Under the pieces are notes generated by a model. The model searched no databases. It was given only the letters and a program-made list of their open reading frames with translations, and had not been told where the DNA came from. Shown here piece after piece: positions 28,900 to 38,813 of a DNA stretch of 64,000 nt. This stretch comes from a virus: the IMG/VR virus record IMGVR_UViG_3300011116_000796, positions 1 to 64,000 of that record, one strand, 5' to 3'. The translations under genes were made by a program, and so were the position numbers. How positions within the stretch are numbered: position 1 is the first letter of the stretch; every line of letters begins with the position of its first letter.

Positions 28900-31713
28900 A
28901 TGCCAATTGAAACATCACATTTTAGAGTATTTAACTGCTATCCATCATTTACCAATGTTTATTTTCATTCGGGTAAAACTGGAACAAATCCAATTCCCAA
29001 TTATGGCAGCATGGGTTTTCATCTGAAGGACTATTTCGAAAATAGAATGTCTGAAACTCCTGTATCGGGATGCGATTATCTGGTCGCATTTTTGGCATCA
29101 AGTAAAAGTTTGACAGGAATTATGCAAAATGACCTAACAGGTATGGCAAATTCTGCCTCGGTCGATTTTGGCATTACACATTCAACTGAGGGATTTGGTC
29201 TTCTAGACTTCAGAGGTGATTCTTGGAAGCATCTTGTTGGTGACGGAATAATTGGACAAAGTAGTACAACAAACTATCAAGCATACACAGATACAGTATC
29301 TGCTGCTGTGAACATTTTAGATCACTTTAGTAGTAAATATCCCATGATTAAGTGGGCATATGCAGGACTACCTTCATTACCGAAATACACATGTTTTGCT
29401 CCAACTGCTGGATCATCTTTCGCATGGTCACAAGGATTGACAAATACACCCGGTGCAACAAATAATCACTGGGATGCAGCACATCCGACAGGTGCATCTT
29501 ATGGTGAACAGATCTTTGAGTGGTCTAGGTCTCCAAGCAAACTAACGACATACTTCAATACAAATTCGATTGATAGATGCAGAACCGTTCTTGAAAATTC
29601 TGGTTGGGCTTGTCCTGACATTAATCCTGTTGCCACAAATAACACAGAATTCGGTGTCAACATTCACTCTGTGGTTGATCATCACAGGTACACAAGAGAT
29701 CTTGTTAAAATTGCAAATGATTTTGCAACAACGCAGCATGCACTTGAAAGAGACTTTAAGGTTATGCCTCTCGTTAATAGCATGTTGAGATCCAGAGAAA
29801 TTCATGTATTTGATGATCCTAATGGTCAATTCACTAACACTTACGGGATGGCATTTGGGGCTAGTGGGGAAATTGTTAATTTCTATTCTGGTTTTACAGG
29901 GGCATCTGGAATGGGAGCATCCGGTGCAGCAGATTCAGATGTGAGCACAGAGTTTTTGAGGGCTGGTATGCTTGAGCCTGCTGCCTTTGCGGGTGCAGTT
30001 GGATTTGTATATCAGGACAATATTCCTCTTTTAGTTGAGTTGGCTTGTACTGGATCCACTTCTATTTCAGGAGATGATGCAGAAGCAACAATCAGAGCGA
30101 GAAATTACATAGCCAAAAAGGTGTATAATACATCAAACACAAGCCTAATTCCTTGGAATAGTGTTAGAAATGAAGTTCTTATTGATTTGTCTTTAAATGT
30201 AACAGCAATTCAACTCAGAACTTTCCCTGAGAGTATTCCGATTGGAAATGGATGGGCTTTAAGAAGTACCTCTCAAACAAGAGAACAATTTCCATCAGAA
30301 AGTTTAAATGTCGAGCAATACAGAAGTGTTAGATGGAAACAATGTGGATCGAATTGTTCAACTCCAGCAAACGAGGGAGAAAATCCGGAATATATGCCAT
30401 TTAGAGATGGCAGTGATATTGAATGTGATTGTGGTGGTGGTGGATGTCCAAAAGGAGTTTGTTGTGTTTCGGTTGGGGGAATTGGATACTGCTCTGACAG
30501 TTATCAGGGATCTGCACCAGGATCCGGAATATGTGAAAACGCCTGCAATCTGAATGGTGTTGGTGGAAGATTCATCGCATTTAGTGATCCGTTGTTTGGT
30601 GCAGGAATTCCGAAAACTTGTGCTTCTCTTATTCCTGGTGGCCCATTAGCAGCACAAGGTTCAGGATTTGGATGTTGGACACAAATTGGTCCACATGATC
30701 CCGATTATGTAAACTACTGCAATAATCAGGGATTGATTGTACCAAACGAAAACCGACCATGTATACAAATTAAGTTCTGCGAATATCCATGTTCGAATTG
30801 TGATGCTGGATATCTGCCTGATTCACAGGGGGGGTGTAATAATAGATGTCCAGATTTTCCGGGAGTTCCCGACACATATCCTTTCTCAGTGTATCAACGT
30901 AAATGCAGAGAATACAGAAATGATCCAGAAGTTTGTTGTTGCGTAGATGTTGATAGTGATGGTGACTCAGATGCTAGACCTTCGCAATGTTTTGCTGGTA
31001 GTGCTGGTGGAGGTGCAGCAGGAACACCGAGTGGAGGTGGACCATTTAATGGTTCGGGTTTGTATGGTGCTGCAAATTGTGACAGAGATTTACAAGACTG
31101 GCAGCAGGCTGGAAATCCACCGGGATCAGAAATTATCCCTGATGGTCCGTGTACTAGATCATTTCAAAGTGGAGGGCAAGGCGGAACTGATGTGTTTAAC
31201 TGTATTCACCCATGTGCAGACTCCGTTCAAATTGATTCATCGCTTTGTCAGTGTTGTGGGCTGAAGAGAACCGATTACAGTGGTCAGGAAGAATCGTGCT
31301 GCTCCAGAAAAAGTCCTGGTGGTGCTCATTGTGCGGGCTTACAGCAACTTTGTAATTGTGGTGGTGCAGGATTTGGGGATTGGAAACCCATTAACTATCA
31401 ATTCTTCACAGATTCGTCCATATCAGATAGTATGAAGAAACTAGTAATAAGTGATCTTTACGGTCTTCTAGAACCCGAAAGCACGGTATACAAGTTCTAC
31501 GATAATATATTCAGAAAATTCCCCGAATTCTCTAATATGAGAACACCTGGTACCGTTGGAAACTCATTACCATATTTCGGAAGTATACTCAAAGACTCCA
31601 AAAATACAAATAAATCTCTGTATTATAATTACACACCATCAATACAGACAATAAACAGAATTAAGTCAGAATTTGCTTTTGATAGACTAATCAAACCAAT
31701 TTCTTATACATAA
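28900..31713 (+). CDS. Large late protein with a Cys-rich central/C-terminal region
   Basis: 937 aa; about 36 Cys counted in ~345 aa; GVCC and CCCVDVDSDGDSD motifs; late promoter at 28886. Confidence 0.6.
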   Translation: MPIETSHFRVFNCYPSFTNVYFHSGKTGTNPIPNYGSMGFHLKDYFENRMSETPVSGCDYLVAFLASSKSLTGIMQNDLTGMANSASVDFGITHSTEGFGLLDFRGDSWKHLVGDGIIGQSSTTNYQAYTDTVSAAVNILDHFSSKYPMIKWAYAGLPSLPKYTCFAPTAGSSFAWSQGLTNTPGATNNHWDAAHPTGASYGEQIFEWSRSPSKLTTYFNTNSIDRCRTVLENSGWACPDINPVATNNTEFGVNIHSVVDHHRYTRDLVKIANDFATTQHALERDFKVMPLVNSMLRSREIHVFDDPNGQFTNTYGMAFGASGEIVNFYSGFTGASGMGASGAADSDVSTEFLRAGMLEPAAFAGAVGFVYQDNIPLLVELACTGSTSISGDDAEATIRARNYIAKKVYNTSNTSLIPWNSVRNEVLIDLSLNVTAIQLRTFPESIPIGNGWALRSTSQTREQFPSESLNVEQYRSVRWKQCGSNCSTPANEGENPEYMPFRDGSDIECDCGGGGCPKGVCCVSVGGIGYCSDSYQGSAPGSGICENACNLNGVGGRFIAFSDPLFGAGIPKTCASLIPGGPLAAQGSGFGCWTQIGPHDPDYVNYCNNQGLIVPNENRPCIQIKFCEYPCSNCDAGYLPDSQGGCNNRCPDFPGVPDTYPFSVYQRKCREYRNDPEVCCCVDVDSDGDSDARPSQCFAGSAGGGAAGTPSGGGPFNGSGLYGAANCDRDLQDWQQAGNPPGSEIIPDGPCTRSFQSGGQGGTDVFNCIHPCADSVQIDSSLCQCCGLKRTDYSGQEESCCSRKSPGGAHCAGLQQLCNCGGAGFGDWKPINYQFFTDSSISDSMKKLVISDLYGLLEPESTVYKFYDNIFRKFPEFSNMRTPGTVGNSLPYFGSILKDSKNTNKSLYYNYTPSIQTINRIKSEFAFDRLIKPISYT

Positions 31714-31734
31714 CCGAGCAGAAAGGAGAACGCC

Positions 31735-31848
31735 ATGTCAGAATTTCTAGGTACAACTTGGTGGAGTGTATTGATGTTTGTTGCTGGTGCTTTGATCGGC
31801 GCACCGCTGTGGAAGTGGGTTTCGACAAAACTTCCATGGAATAAGTAA
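31735..31848 (+). CDS. 37-aa single-pass membrane peptide (below the ORF-track cutoff)
   Basis: Strong SD GAAAGGAG; MSEFLGTTWWSVLMFVAGALIGAPLWKWVSTKLPWNK; followed by a terminator. Confidence 0.7.
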   Translation: MSEFLGTTWWSVLMFVAGALIGAPLWKWVSTKLPWNK

Positions 31849-31873
31849 ATTGCGAATATTGTTCGTAAAAACG

Positions 31874-31903
31874 ACGGGGGGAGAAATCCCCCCGTTTTCT
31901 TTT
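31874..31903 (+). terminator. Rho-independent terminator
   Basis: ACGGGGGGA-GAAA-TCCCCCCGT followed by TTTCTTTT. Confidence 0.9.
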
Positions 31904-31933
31904 CAGATTGGGTTGTCTGCTAAATATAAGTAA

Positions 31934-32146
31934 ATGCCCAAAAATTATCTAGATTTAATCCGATCTTTAGAGGAATGGTCTGCTCCCACCTCTCATACCG
32001 CTAGAGTCACCTCTAGATTAAGCACTCGTACAGACTTGTCTAGGAAGGCTAAGAAGCCAAGCGTAGTACAACCAACGCAGATACCGTTCAGCAAGAAAGA
32101 GAAGGCAGTCAGGGGCATCCATGGCTTTCAGATAGGGGAGAAGTAA
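31934..32146 (+). CDS. Small basic late protein with capsid-targeting-like N-terminus
   Basis: TAAATA 7 nt upstream; MPKNYLDLIRSLEE. Confidence 0.5.
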   Translation: MPKNYLDLIRSLEEWSAPTSHTARVTSRLSTRTDLSRKAKKPSVVQPTQIPFSKKEKAVRGIHGFQIGEK

Positions 32147-35100
32147 TGGCTATTAGTGGAGAGGGAACATTTGGGTTTAATATATCGACATCAATTCCAC
32201 AAGTACAAACTGATGGTGATGATCGATACACAAGACCTTTCAAGAAGAATGAGGGGATAATCATAAGATTACCTCTAAATTCAGATATTATGGCGGATTC
32301 GGAGGGAATTTATAAGGGAATCCCTTTTACTTTGTCTGCAAATGAAAGAGAAATTAAAGCAAATCTTCTTCCTTATGGAGGAAGTCCTGGTGCTATAGAG
32401 CAATGGCCTCTTCCTACAGATTTAGCCTATGCAAAACATGATCCTGATATTTGTATCACAACTGATGGATTAATTTATGATTGTCAGAGTATTGTATTTG
32501 CTAATGAAAATGATGGGAAAATCTATCTCAATAGATTTGTAGATGTGAATGTAGAATACATTGATACTTTTGTTGGGTCTAAACTTTCGCACATCCCTCA
32601 AAATTTAAATGCGGTGAATATATCTCTTGAACAAAGGTATTCCTCCGGATATGGGGTCACTCCATATCTTTGGGGATCGGTAATTGAAGGAGTTAGAAGT
32701 GGAGCAAGAAGATTCATAATTGGACCCACTAGTTTGTACACATCAAATCCTTCTTTCGGGAACTATTGCGACACCAACATCGATTCAATGAGCACTTATG
32801 GTGACATGGCATGTTCGGGAACTGGACCTTATAATCCTGGTACGTTGAAATACATAATGCCCTTCTACAGAAAAGATGGGCTTGAGATCAGAAATAATCT
32901 ATTCAATTATCAAGTAGATTCGAAAGTAGATTTATCAAATCCTATTAACAATGAGTTTTTAAAATCTACTCCATTCGCACATCAAAATCTAGATTATAGC
33001 GGATTTAGATTGAAGAACAGAAAAAGTCTCCCTGTTCCATATTCAGAATACGACCAATCTACTGTGGATTTAGGAGCATCATCAGGTGTAGGAGTTTTAC
33101 CTGAAGATGATGTGTTTTTTGGAGCAAATAAAATATTTCCCTGGGTTTCAGTTGCAACATCTAGATCAAAAGGATATGCAATAACAAAACGCCATGTCTT
33201 GGGTACTCTAAATCCATTTCACTCTTATGCATATTATAAGGGAGAACCTTCAGCCATCAATCCTATTGGATATGCAAATTCAATTACAGGTCAATCACCA
33301 TTCACAGATACAAATTTTCCAAAGAAGATTCACTTTTGGGATAAAATCAACAGAACTATCATCGAAAGAGAAATTGTTGCGAGTAAACCGATTGATGTAA
33401 AAACCATACATGAAACAATTAGGGAAATGCTAAAAGGCAATCTACTTGAATTAGATTCTTACTTCTCATGTAGCACCTCTAATCCTTTGGGGCAAACCCC
33501 AATCACACAAGATCCCTGTGAAGATTGTGAAGGATGTTTTGTACAAACCAAAGGGTTTGACTGGTATGATTTTATTCATTTGAATGATGTTCTGATCAAC
33601 GATGTTCAAAATCCAGTAGGAAAATGTAAAAAGAAAGTGCAGTCTACATCTAAAGGAAGTAGAAAGTCTTATCCCATAGGATTTAAAAATCAAGAAGTGA
33701 AGAAATCGAACAAATTGATTTCATCAGACATACCGCCATTAGACGAAGATTCTTCTCTACCAAATAACACATTAGAAGGTGCTTTGAATGGAGTTCCCTC
33801 TGCTGCGATTAATGCTATTTCAGAGTTTTTCCCGCACGGTCTCAACAATATTTTCTATGGGTATTTCAATACAAATGATGACACAAAAAATTCATGCACA
33901 TGGCAATATATCGTTAGTCACTTCAAAGCAATTCTTGATGCTAAGTGTGTAATACATTTATTGGATCAGGATCTTCCTGATGGGGTAGTTCCGATTGCAT
34001 TTCTCGACACAAGAAGATCAGAAACTCACAAGTTTTCAATGTTTTTAGACAATTCTGATCGTGGATTTATTTTAAACAGGTGCAATCCTAAACCTAGTGT
34101 GTTTGCACACAATGTATCGCAATATGGTCCATATGCGGTAGAGGCTTCAATTAGCACTTACCAAAATCCGCTGAAGTCCTCTATGATAACTTTCAATATG
34201 ACAAGAATTGGAAATTGTGATAATGTGTATCCGGATGGATTTTTAGATTCTTGTGATGAGCCAAATGGATCAACTTCGGGACCAAAATGCAGATGGAGAG
34301 TATATGGTATAAATTGCGGTGCTGCTCCACTCAAGCCAGGAATCAGAAGTGGTTTAGATACTAACAATAATTACGAACCGCATGGTATATTCGATGCGGA
34401 GACCACAAAAAGAAATCCTTGTTTTGTTTGCGATGGAGAAACAGTTAATAACACAACAAGTAAAATTCCTGATGGTTCTCTACGGGACGATATCTTACTA
34501 GATTTTTCACTCGGAAATGATTACAATCTTTCAAAGGGATTAGGACAATCTTTCAGACCAAAAGGATCGTCAGATATTCCTGCTCCGCTATTCACATACA
34601 ATGAAAGTGGTATTCCAATAATGTCTGACATGATAATGAACTCCAAATTTACTTCGGCATTAAAGACGAGCAATGGAACTTGTGCATTAACTTGCCTAGT
34701 GACAGGACACAATGAGGATTTTGAATGGAGTAGAGGGACAGAAGTGTGGCAAAATTTTGATGGTACAATTGGGGGTGGAGATTCTTGGGCAATTCCTCAA
34801 CCTAAATGGAAAGTCTATAAGCACTCAAAAGATAATGGTGTGCTTACTCTGTATGCGCCTAGAGAAACTCCGGGAAATTTAATACTACCAACTGAAGTTC
34901 TTGTTGGGGGAAATTCTTGTAACAATACGATATTTGGATTTTATGGTGGTACAGGATATATTAAGACTGTACTTGAAAGTTTAGCCAATCCATGCTCAAA
35001 CCCAACAACTTACGGTGTTAGACATCAGATTGGTGGTAAAAAAGGATATATCTATGATTCTTCGGGAAAATATCTTGAGGTTATTCGTGGTGGATCAAGA

Positions 35101-35619
35101 TTCTTTACGGGAATTTCTTACTTATTACAGAGAAATGTTTCACGGGTTATCGAAGAAACCTCCGAACTTCCTTTTGCAAGAAATTTAGATTGCAGTTCCA
35201 CAAAGGCAATTTCAAGTTTGTTCACACATGAATTGAGTGAGGGGTTTGATCAAAATTTAGGAGAACATTGGGAACAGAGTTATAAGTATCACAATATTGG
35301 GTCTTTCCTATCTGATCAGAAAATTTACTATAGGGCAAATCCATCTGATCAAATCAATAAATATTACTATTTTGGAACTCCCTCCGATATATTCTATCGT
35401 ATATTGGATAAATTTGGTTTGGAAAATGGAGTCACTCAAACATATAGATGTAACAAACAAGTGATCAAGAACTCTCCAAATTTTGGAGAATTCCAAAACC
35501 CAAATCCCAAGTATACTAGTACAGAATCCCCCGTCCCACCCGCAACATCAAGCGGATTGAAATTTAAAGCAAAAAGTGGACCAGGACCGCATATTGATGA
35601 AAAAGAATTCCTAAAGTGA
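32146..35619 (+). CDS. Large Cys-containing orphan protein, probably virion-associated
   Basis: 1157 aa; TAATG coupling to the upstream gene; SD GGGGAG. Confidence 0.55.
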   Translation: MAISGEGTFGFNISTSIPQVQTDGDDRYTRPFKKNEGIIIRLPLNSDIMADSEGIYKGIPFTLSANEREIKANLLPYGGSPGAIEQWPLPTDLAYAKHDPDICITTDGLIYDCQSIVFANENDGKIYLNRFVDVNVEYIDTFVGSKLSHIPQNLNAVNISLEQRYSSGYGVTPYLWGSVIEGVRSGARRFIIGPTSLYTSNPSFGNYCDTNIDSMSTYGDMACSGTGPYNPGTLKYIMPFYRKDGLEIRNNLFNYQVDSKVDLSNPINNEFLKSTPFAHQNLDYSGFRLKNRKSLPVPYSEYDQSTVDLGASSGVGVLPEDDVFFGANKIFPWVSVATSRSKGYAITKRHVLGTLNPFHSYAYYKGEPSAINPIGYANSITGQSPFTDTNFPKKIHFWDKINRTIIEREIVASKPIDVKTIHETIREMLKGNLLELDSYFSCSTSNPLGQTPITQDPCEDCEGCFVQTKGFDWYDFIHLNDVLINDVQNPVGKCKKKVQSTSKGSRKSYPIGFKNQEVKKSNKLISSDIPPLDEDSSLPNNTLEGALNGVPSAAINAISEFFPHGLNNIFYGYFNTNDDTKNSCTWQYIVSHFKAILDAKCVIHLLDQDLPDGVVPIAFLDTRRSETHKFSMFLDNSDRGFILNRCNPKPSVFAHNVSQYGPYAVEASISTYQNPLKSSMITFNMTRIGNCDNVYPDGFLDSCDEPNGSTSGPKCRWRVYGINCGAAPLKPGIRSGLDTNNNYEPHGIFDAETTKRNPCFVCDGETVNNTTSKIPDGSLRDDILLDFSLGNDYNLSKGLGQSFRPKGSSDIPAPLFTYNESGIPIMSDMIMNSKFTSALKTSNGTCALTCLVTGHNEDFEWSRGTEVWQNFDGTIGGGDSWAIPQPKWKVYKHSKDNGVLTLYAPRETPGNLILPTEVLVGGNSCNNTIFGFYGGTGYIKTVLESLANPCSNPTTYGVRHQIGGKKGYIYDSSGKYLEVIRGGSRFFTGISYLLQRNVSRVIEETSELPFARNLDCSSTKAISSLFTHELSEGFDQNLGEHWEQSYKYHNIGSFLSDQKIYYRANPSDQINKYYYFGTPSDIFYRILDKFGLENGVTQTYRCNKQVIKNSPNFGEFQNPNPKYTSTESPVPPATSSGLKFKAKSGPGPHIDEKEFLK

Positions 35620-35649
35620 TACTAAATAGACTCAAAGGAGCGTATTGCT

Positions 35650-35958
35650 ATGAGTAATATCAAACTGATCAGAATGGTTTCGGGTGAAGAAGTGATTGCA
35701 AAGATTCTTGATGAAACCCAAGATGGTGGTCTCATCCTAAAGAATCCCTGTATTCTGCTTCCTGCTGGACAAGGAAGACTTGCACTGGTGCCTTGGATGC
35801 CATACACTGAAACTGAAAATATGGAAATTCCATCAAAGGTAGTCGCATTTCAGGTAACTCCGAAATCAGAACTAATCAACGAATATAATACGATGAATAG
35901 CGGACTGATTGTTCCTGATAATAGTGTTGCATCACCAAAACTAACTTTGGTCGAATAA
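35650..35958 (+). CDS. Conserved T4-like small beta-barrel (Sm-like) hypothetical protein
   Basis: IKLIRMVSGEEVIAK...LKNP...LVPWMPY...Y....SGL; late promoter plus AAGGAG. Confidence 0.7.
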   Translation: MSNIKLIRMVSGEEVIAKILDETQDGGLILKNPCILLPAGQGRLALVPWMPYTETENMEIPSKVVAFQVTPKSELINEYNTMNSGLIVPDNSVASPKLTLVE

Positions 35959-36002
35959 TCTGACCTTCTAATACGGCCAGATTTCGCAGAATCTAGCCTT
36001 CT

Positions 36003-36034
36003 GAAAAGGACACCTGTCGGAGGGTGTCCTTTTC
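36003..36034. terminator. Bidirectional intrinsic terminator between convergent genes
   Basis: GAAAAGGACACC-TGTCGGAG-GGTGTCCTTTTC. Confidence 0.85.
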
Positions 36035-36038
36035 TATT

Positions 36039-37745
36039 TCACAATATCTTACTATAGTTGCCTTTTTTGGTCATCTGTACATGTCGTTCGAACTTATCCT
36101 GAAGAACTTCTTTCGACTTGTGACTGATGACAAATACATTCACCCCTTGCCCACGCATACCATTCACGATTTCCAAGAACGCTTCTGTTGATGTATCGTC
36201 CAATGATCCATCTAGAACTTCATCTAGAATGAGTAGATTGGTCGAGAGTGAGTTCTTGATCTCTGCCATGGCTCTCCAAGCAAACAGCAGAGCCAAGTCG
36301 ATCTTTCTCTTCTCTCCTTCGCTGAAAGATGCATAGGTGAATACATCACGATGTCGAGATTTAATAGTTTCGTTGAACTCATCATCAAGATGGAAGTTGA
36401 CGAAGAAGTTCATCATGCTCAAATACTTATTGATGGTTCGATTGATGACGGGAATGTAGTGCTTGATGATCTTCTTTTTGATGCCACCATCTTTCAGTAG
36501 AACAGAGGCAAGGTTCAGGTAGTGGTTGTCTTCTACAAGTTCCTTCTTTGAGTCCAATACTTCTGATTCTTCGGTTTCAAGACGAGAAAGTTCAGTCTCT
36601 TCTTGAGTCAACTTCGTGACATCTCCCCCACGCCCACGAACCTTTCCGATGTACTCATTTAGAGAGTCGATATCTGAAGTCTTCTTGTGAATCAAAGACT
36701 GTAGTGAGGATATCTCAAGCAAAACATCTGTGATTGTGTTTAGTCTGTCATCTACCTCTTTGTACTTGACCATCAGTTCGGACAGGCCACCACTCAAATC
36801 GTCAGACTTCTTTCGCTTCGAATCAATAGTTGACTTCTTGAACTCTTCATTGATGGGCTGTGTGCATGTTGGGCACTTGTTATTGCTTTCATAGAACTGT
36901 ACCTCTCTCTTGAGAGAAGTAATCTTCTTCTCAATGGTATTTCTCAAAGCCACACACTCTTCACGCTTCTTACTGATTGAGTCCTTATCTGATATACTTT
37001 CAAACATGGCTTCGATATTTCTAGCCACCATTTCGATTTCTTTTCGATGCTTTTCAATCTCTTCGTTAGTGCGATTCACCTCTTGGGTTTCCCACTCTTT
37101 ATCCGATAAGGTTCGTTTACGCTCGTCCTCAAGGATCTTGCGTTGATTCTTGACTCTCTCCTTTGCAATAGCCAACTGAGTATCAATCTGAGCCGCCTCC
37201 TCCTTGATCTGGCTGGCTCTTTCCTTGAGGAGGGTGTTCATCACGGAGAAGACTCCGATGTCTAGGATCGACTCTACGACCGATCTACGCTCTGCTGCTG
37301 GCAGGCGCATGAAGGGAATGTAGTTTGCCGAACCCAAAATGACCACCTGACAGAAAGATTTGTAGGACATACGGAGGATTTGTTCTTCAAGGATCCGCTG
37401 CCCATCCCTTGCCTTTGCTTCTTGGTCAAGTAGTTTGCCATCACGCCAAATCTCAAACACTTTAGGCGATTGACCCCGAATGATCTTGTATTCATTCTTT
37501 TCATCGGAGAATTCCAATTCTACAACGCAGTCTTTTTCATTGACTGAGTTTGTCAATTGCGGTAGGTTGATGTTTCTATATGGCTTGTTGAACAATGCAA
37601 ATGTGAGTGCATCAAGTAAAGTACTCTTACCTGATCCATTCTCACCACTAATCAGCGTTGTTGATGTGTCTGTTAGTGACAGTTCCGTGAAGTTGTTTCC
37701 TGTACTCAGAAAGTTCTTCCATCGGATAGTCTTGAAAGTAATCAT
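36039..37745 (-). CDS. 46: Recombination endonuclease subunit gp46 (Rad50/SbcC-like)
   Basis: WKNFLSTGN, GENGSGKST, CPTC hook, FSEGEK, LILDE, VISH. Confidence 0.95.
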   Translation of the reverse strand: MITFKTIRWKNFLSTGNNFTELSLTDTSTTLISGENGSGKSTLLDALTFALFNKPYRNINLPQLTNSVNEKDCVVELEFSDEKNEYKIIRGQSPKVFEIWRDGKLLDQEAKARDGQRILEEQILRMSYKSFCQVVILGSANYIPFMRLPAAERRSVVESILDIGVFSVMNTLLKERASQIKEEAAQIDTQLAIAKERVKNQRKILEDERKRTLSDKEWETQEVNRTNEEIEKHRKEIEMVARNIEAMFESISDKDSISKKREECVALRNTIEKKITSLKREVQFYESNNKCPTCTQPINEEFKKSTIDSKRKKSDDLSGGLSELMVKYKEVDDRLNTITDVLLEISSLQSLIHKKTSDIDSLNEYIGKVRGRGGDVTKLTQEETELSRLETEESEVLDSKKELVEDNHYLNLASVLLKDGGIKKKIIKHYIPVINRTINKYLSMMNFFVNFHLDDEFNETIKSRHRDVFTYASFSEGEKRKIDLALLFAWRAMAEIKNSLSTNLLILDEVLDGSLDDTSTEAFLEIVNGMRGQGVNVFVISHKSKEVLQDKFERHVQMTKKGNYSKIL

Positions 37746-38812
37746 ACAGACTGCGCCTCCATGTACAGTTCACGAATGATGTTCTTAAGTCTAGTTGGGT
37801 CTTCTATTCCCTCTGTTCTATCAATTTCCTCACAGATCAAACTCAATGTGTCTTTCGATAGATCGACTTTCTCTTCAACTTTGTTTACCTTATTTGCTTG
37901 AGTTTGATCAACGATTGAAACTGAGTGTGAGCCTTCCTCATTCAGTTTGTCAATAACCCGATCAAGCATGAATGGGTTCGTCTTCTTTTCAACCAGCAAC
38001 CGAACAAAGGTCTTCTTGAAATAGTTCCAATCGATTGATCCATCGAAGAAGTCTTGATGCTCTTCATCGTTGTAAGAAAACTGCGTGAAGAGTCTCATTG
38101 GGTTCTGAATGTATTCTACCTCACCTGTGTCGGTATCGATCACATGAAATCCTTTAGGTTCATGTAAGTCTCCAAATGTGATCTGATACTGTGTACCAAG
38201 ATAGTGGACATTTCCTTTACTGTGCTTGCAATGAAAGTGACCGCTGTAGACTGCTTCGTATCCTGATAGTAGACCAGGATCCATACCGTCATGATGCTCA
38301 ACTCCACGAAGAACTTCATACCCAGAGAGTTCAAAATGTCCCATGAGAATCGAAGCCTCTTTCTTCGCTATGAAGTCTAGGCATTCTTTCTCATTTGCTT
38401 TGGTGATCCAAGGAACCATTCCAATTCGAAGCCCTTTGATTTCAACCACTCTTGGTTCAAAATAGAAGTTCCAGTTGTGACAAAGCCCCGAATGATAGAA
38501 CAACTCTTGAATAGAATTGACTTCATTGGTGTTCTTGTAGAATACATCATGATTACCAGGAATGATGTCGAGGGTAATTCCTAGTTCAAGTAAGGGAGTG
38601 ATAAATCTTTTCTGTACCACACTAAGGGTGTTGAAGTTAACATACTTACGACGATCCATAAGATCACCCAAGTGTATGACATTCCGTATGTCATGCATAC
38701 GCATGTACGGGAAGAACACCTTCTCAAAGAACTGCATGAAGTGTTCTAGAAAAATCGGATTGTCATTACGGGCACCGAAGTGCGTATCATTGATGATTGC
38801 TATTTTGCCCAT
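37742..38812 (-). CDS. 47: Recombination endonuclease subunit gp47 (Mre11/SbcD-like)
   Basis: DTHFG, HLGDLMDRRK, GNHD, GHFEL, SGHFH. Confidence 0.95.
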   Translation of the reverse strand: MGKIAIINDTHFGARNDNPIFLEHFMQFFEKVFFPYMRMHDIRNVIHLGDLMDRRKYVNFNTLSVVQKRFITPLLELGITLDIIPGNHDVFYKNTNEVNSIQELFYHSGLCHNWNFYFEPRVVEIKGLRIGMVPWITKANEKECLDFIAKKEASILMGHFELSGYEVLRGVEHHDGMDPGLLSGYEAVYSGHFHCKHSKGNVHYLGTQYQITFGDLHEPKGFHVIDTDTGEVEYIQNPMRLFTQFSYNDEEHQDFFDGSIDWNYFKKTFVRLLVEKKTNPFMLDRVIDKLNEEGSHSVSIVDQTQANKVNKVEEKVDLSKDTLSLICEEIDRTEGIEDPTRLKNIIRELYMEAQSV

Positions 38813-38813
38813 T

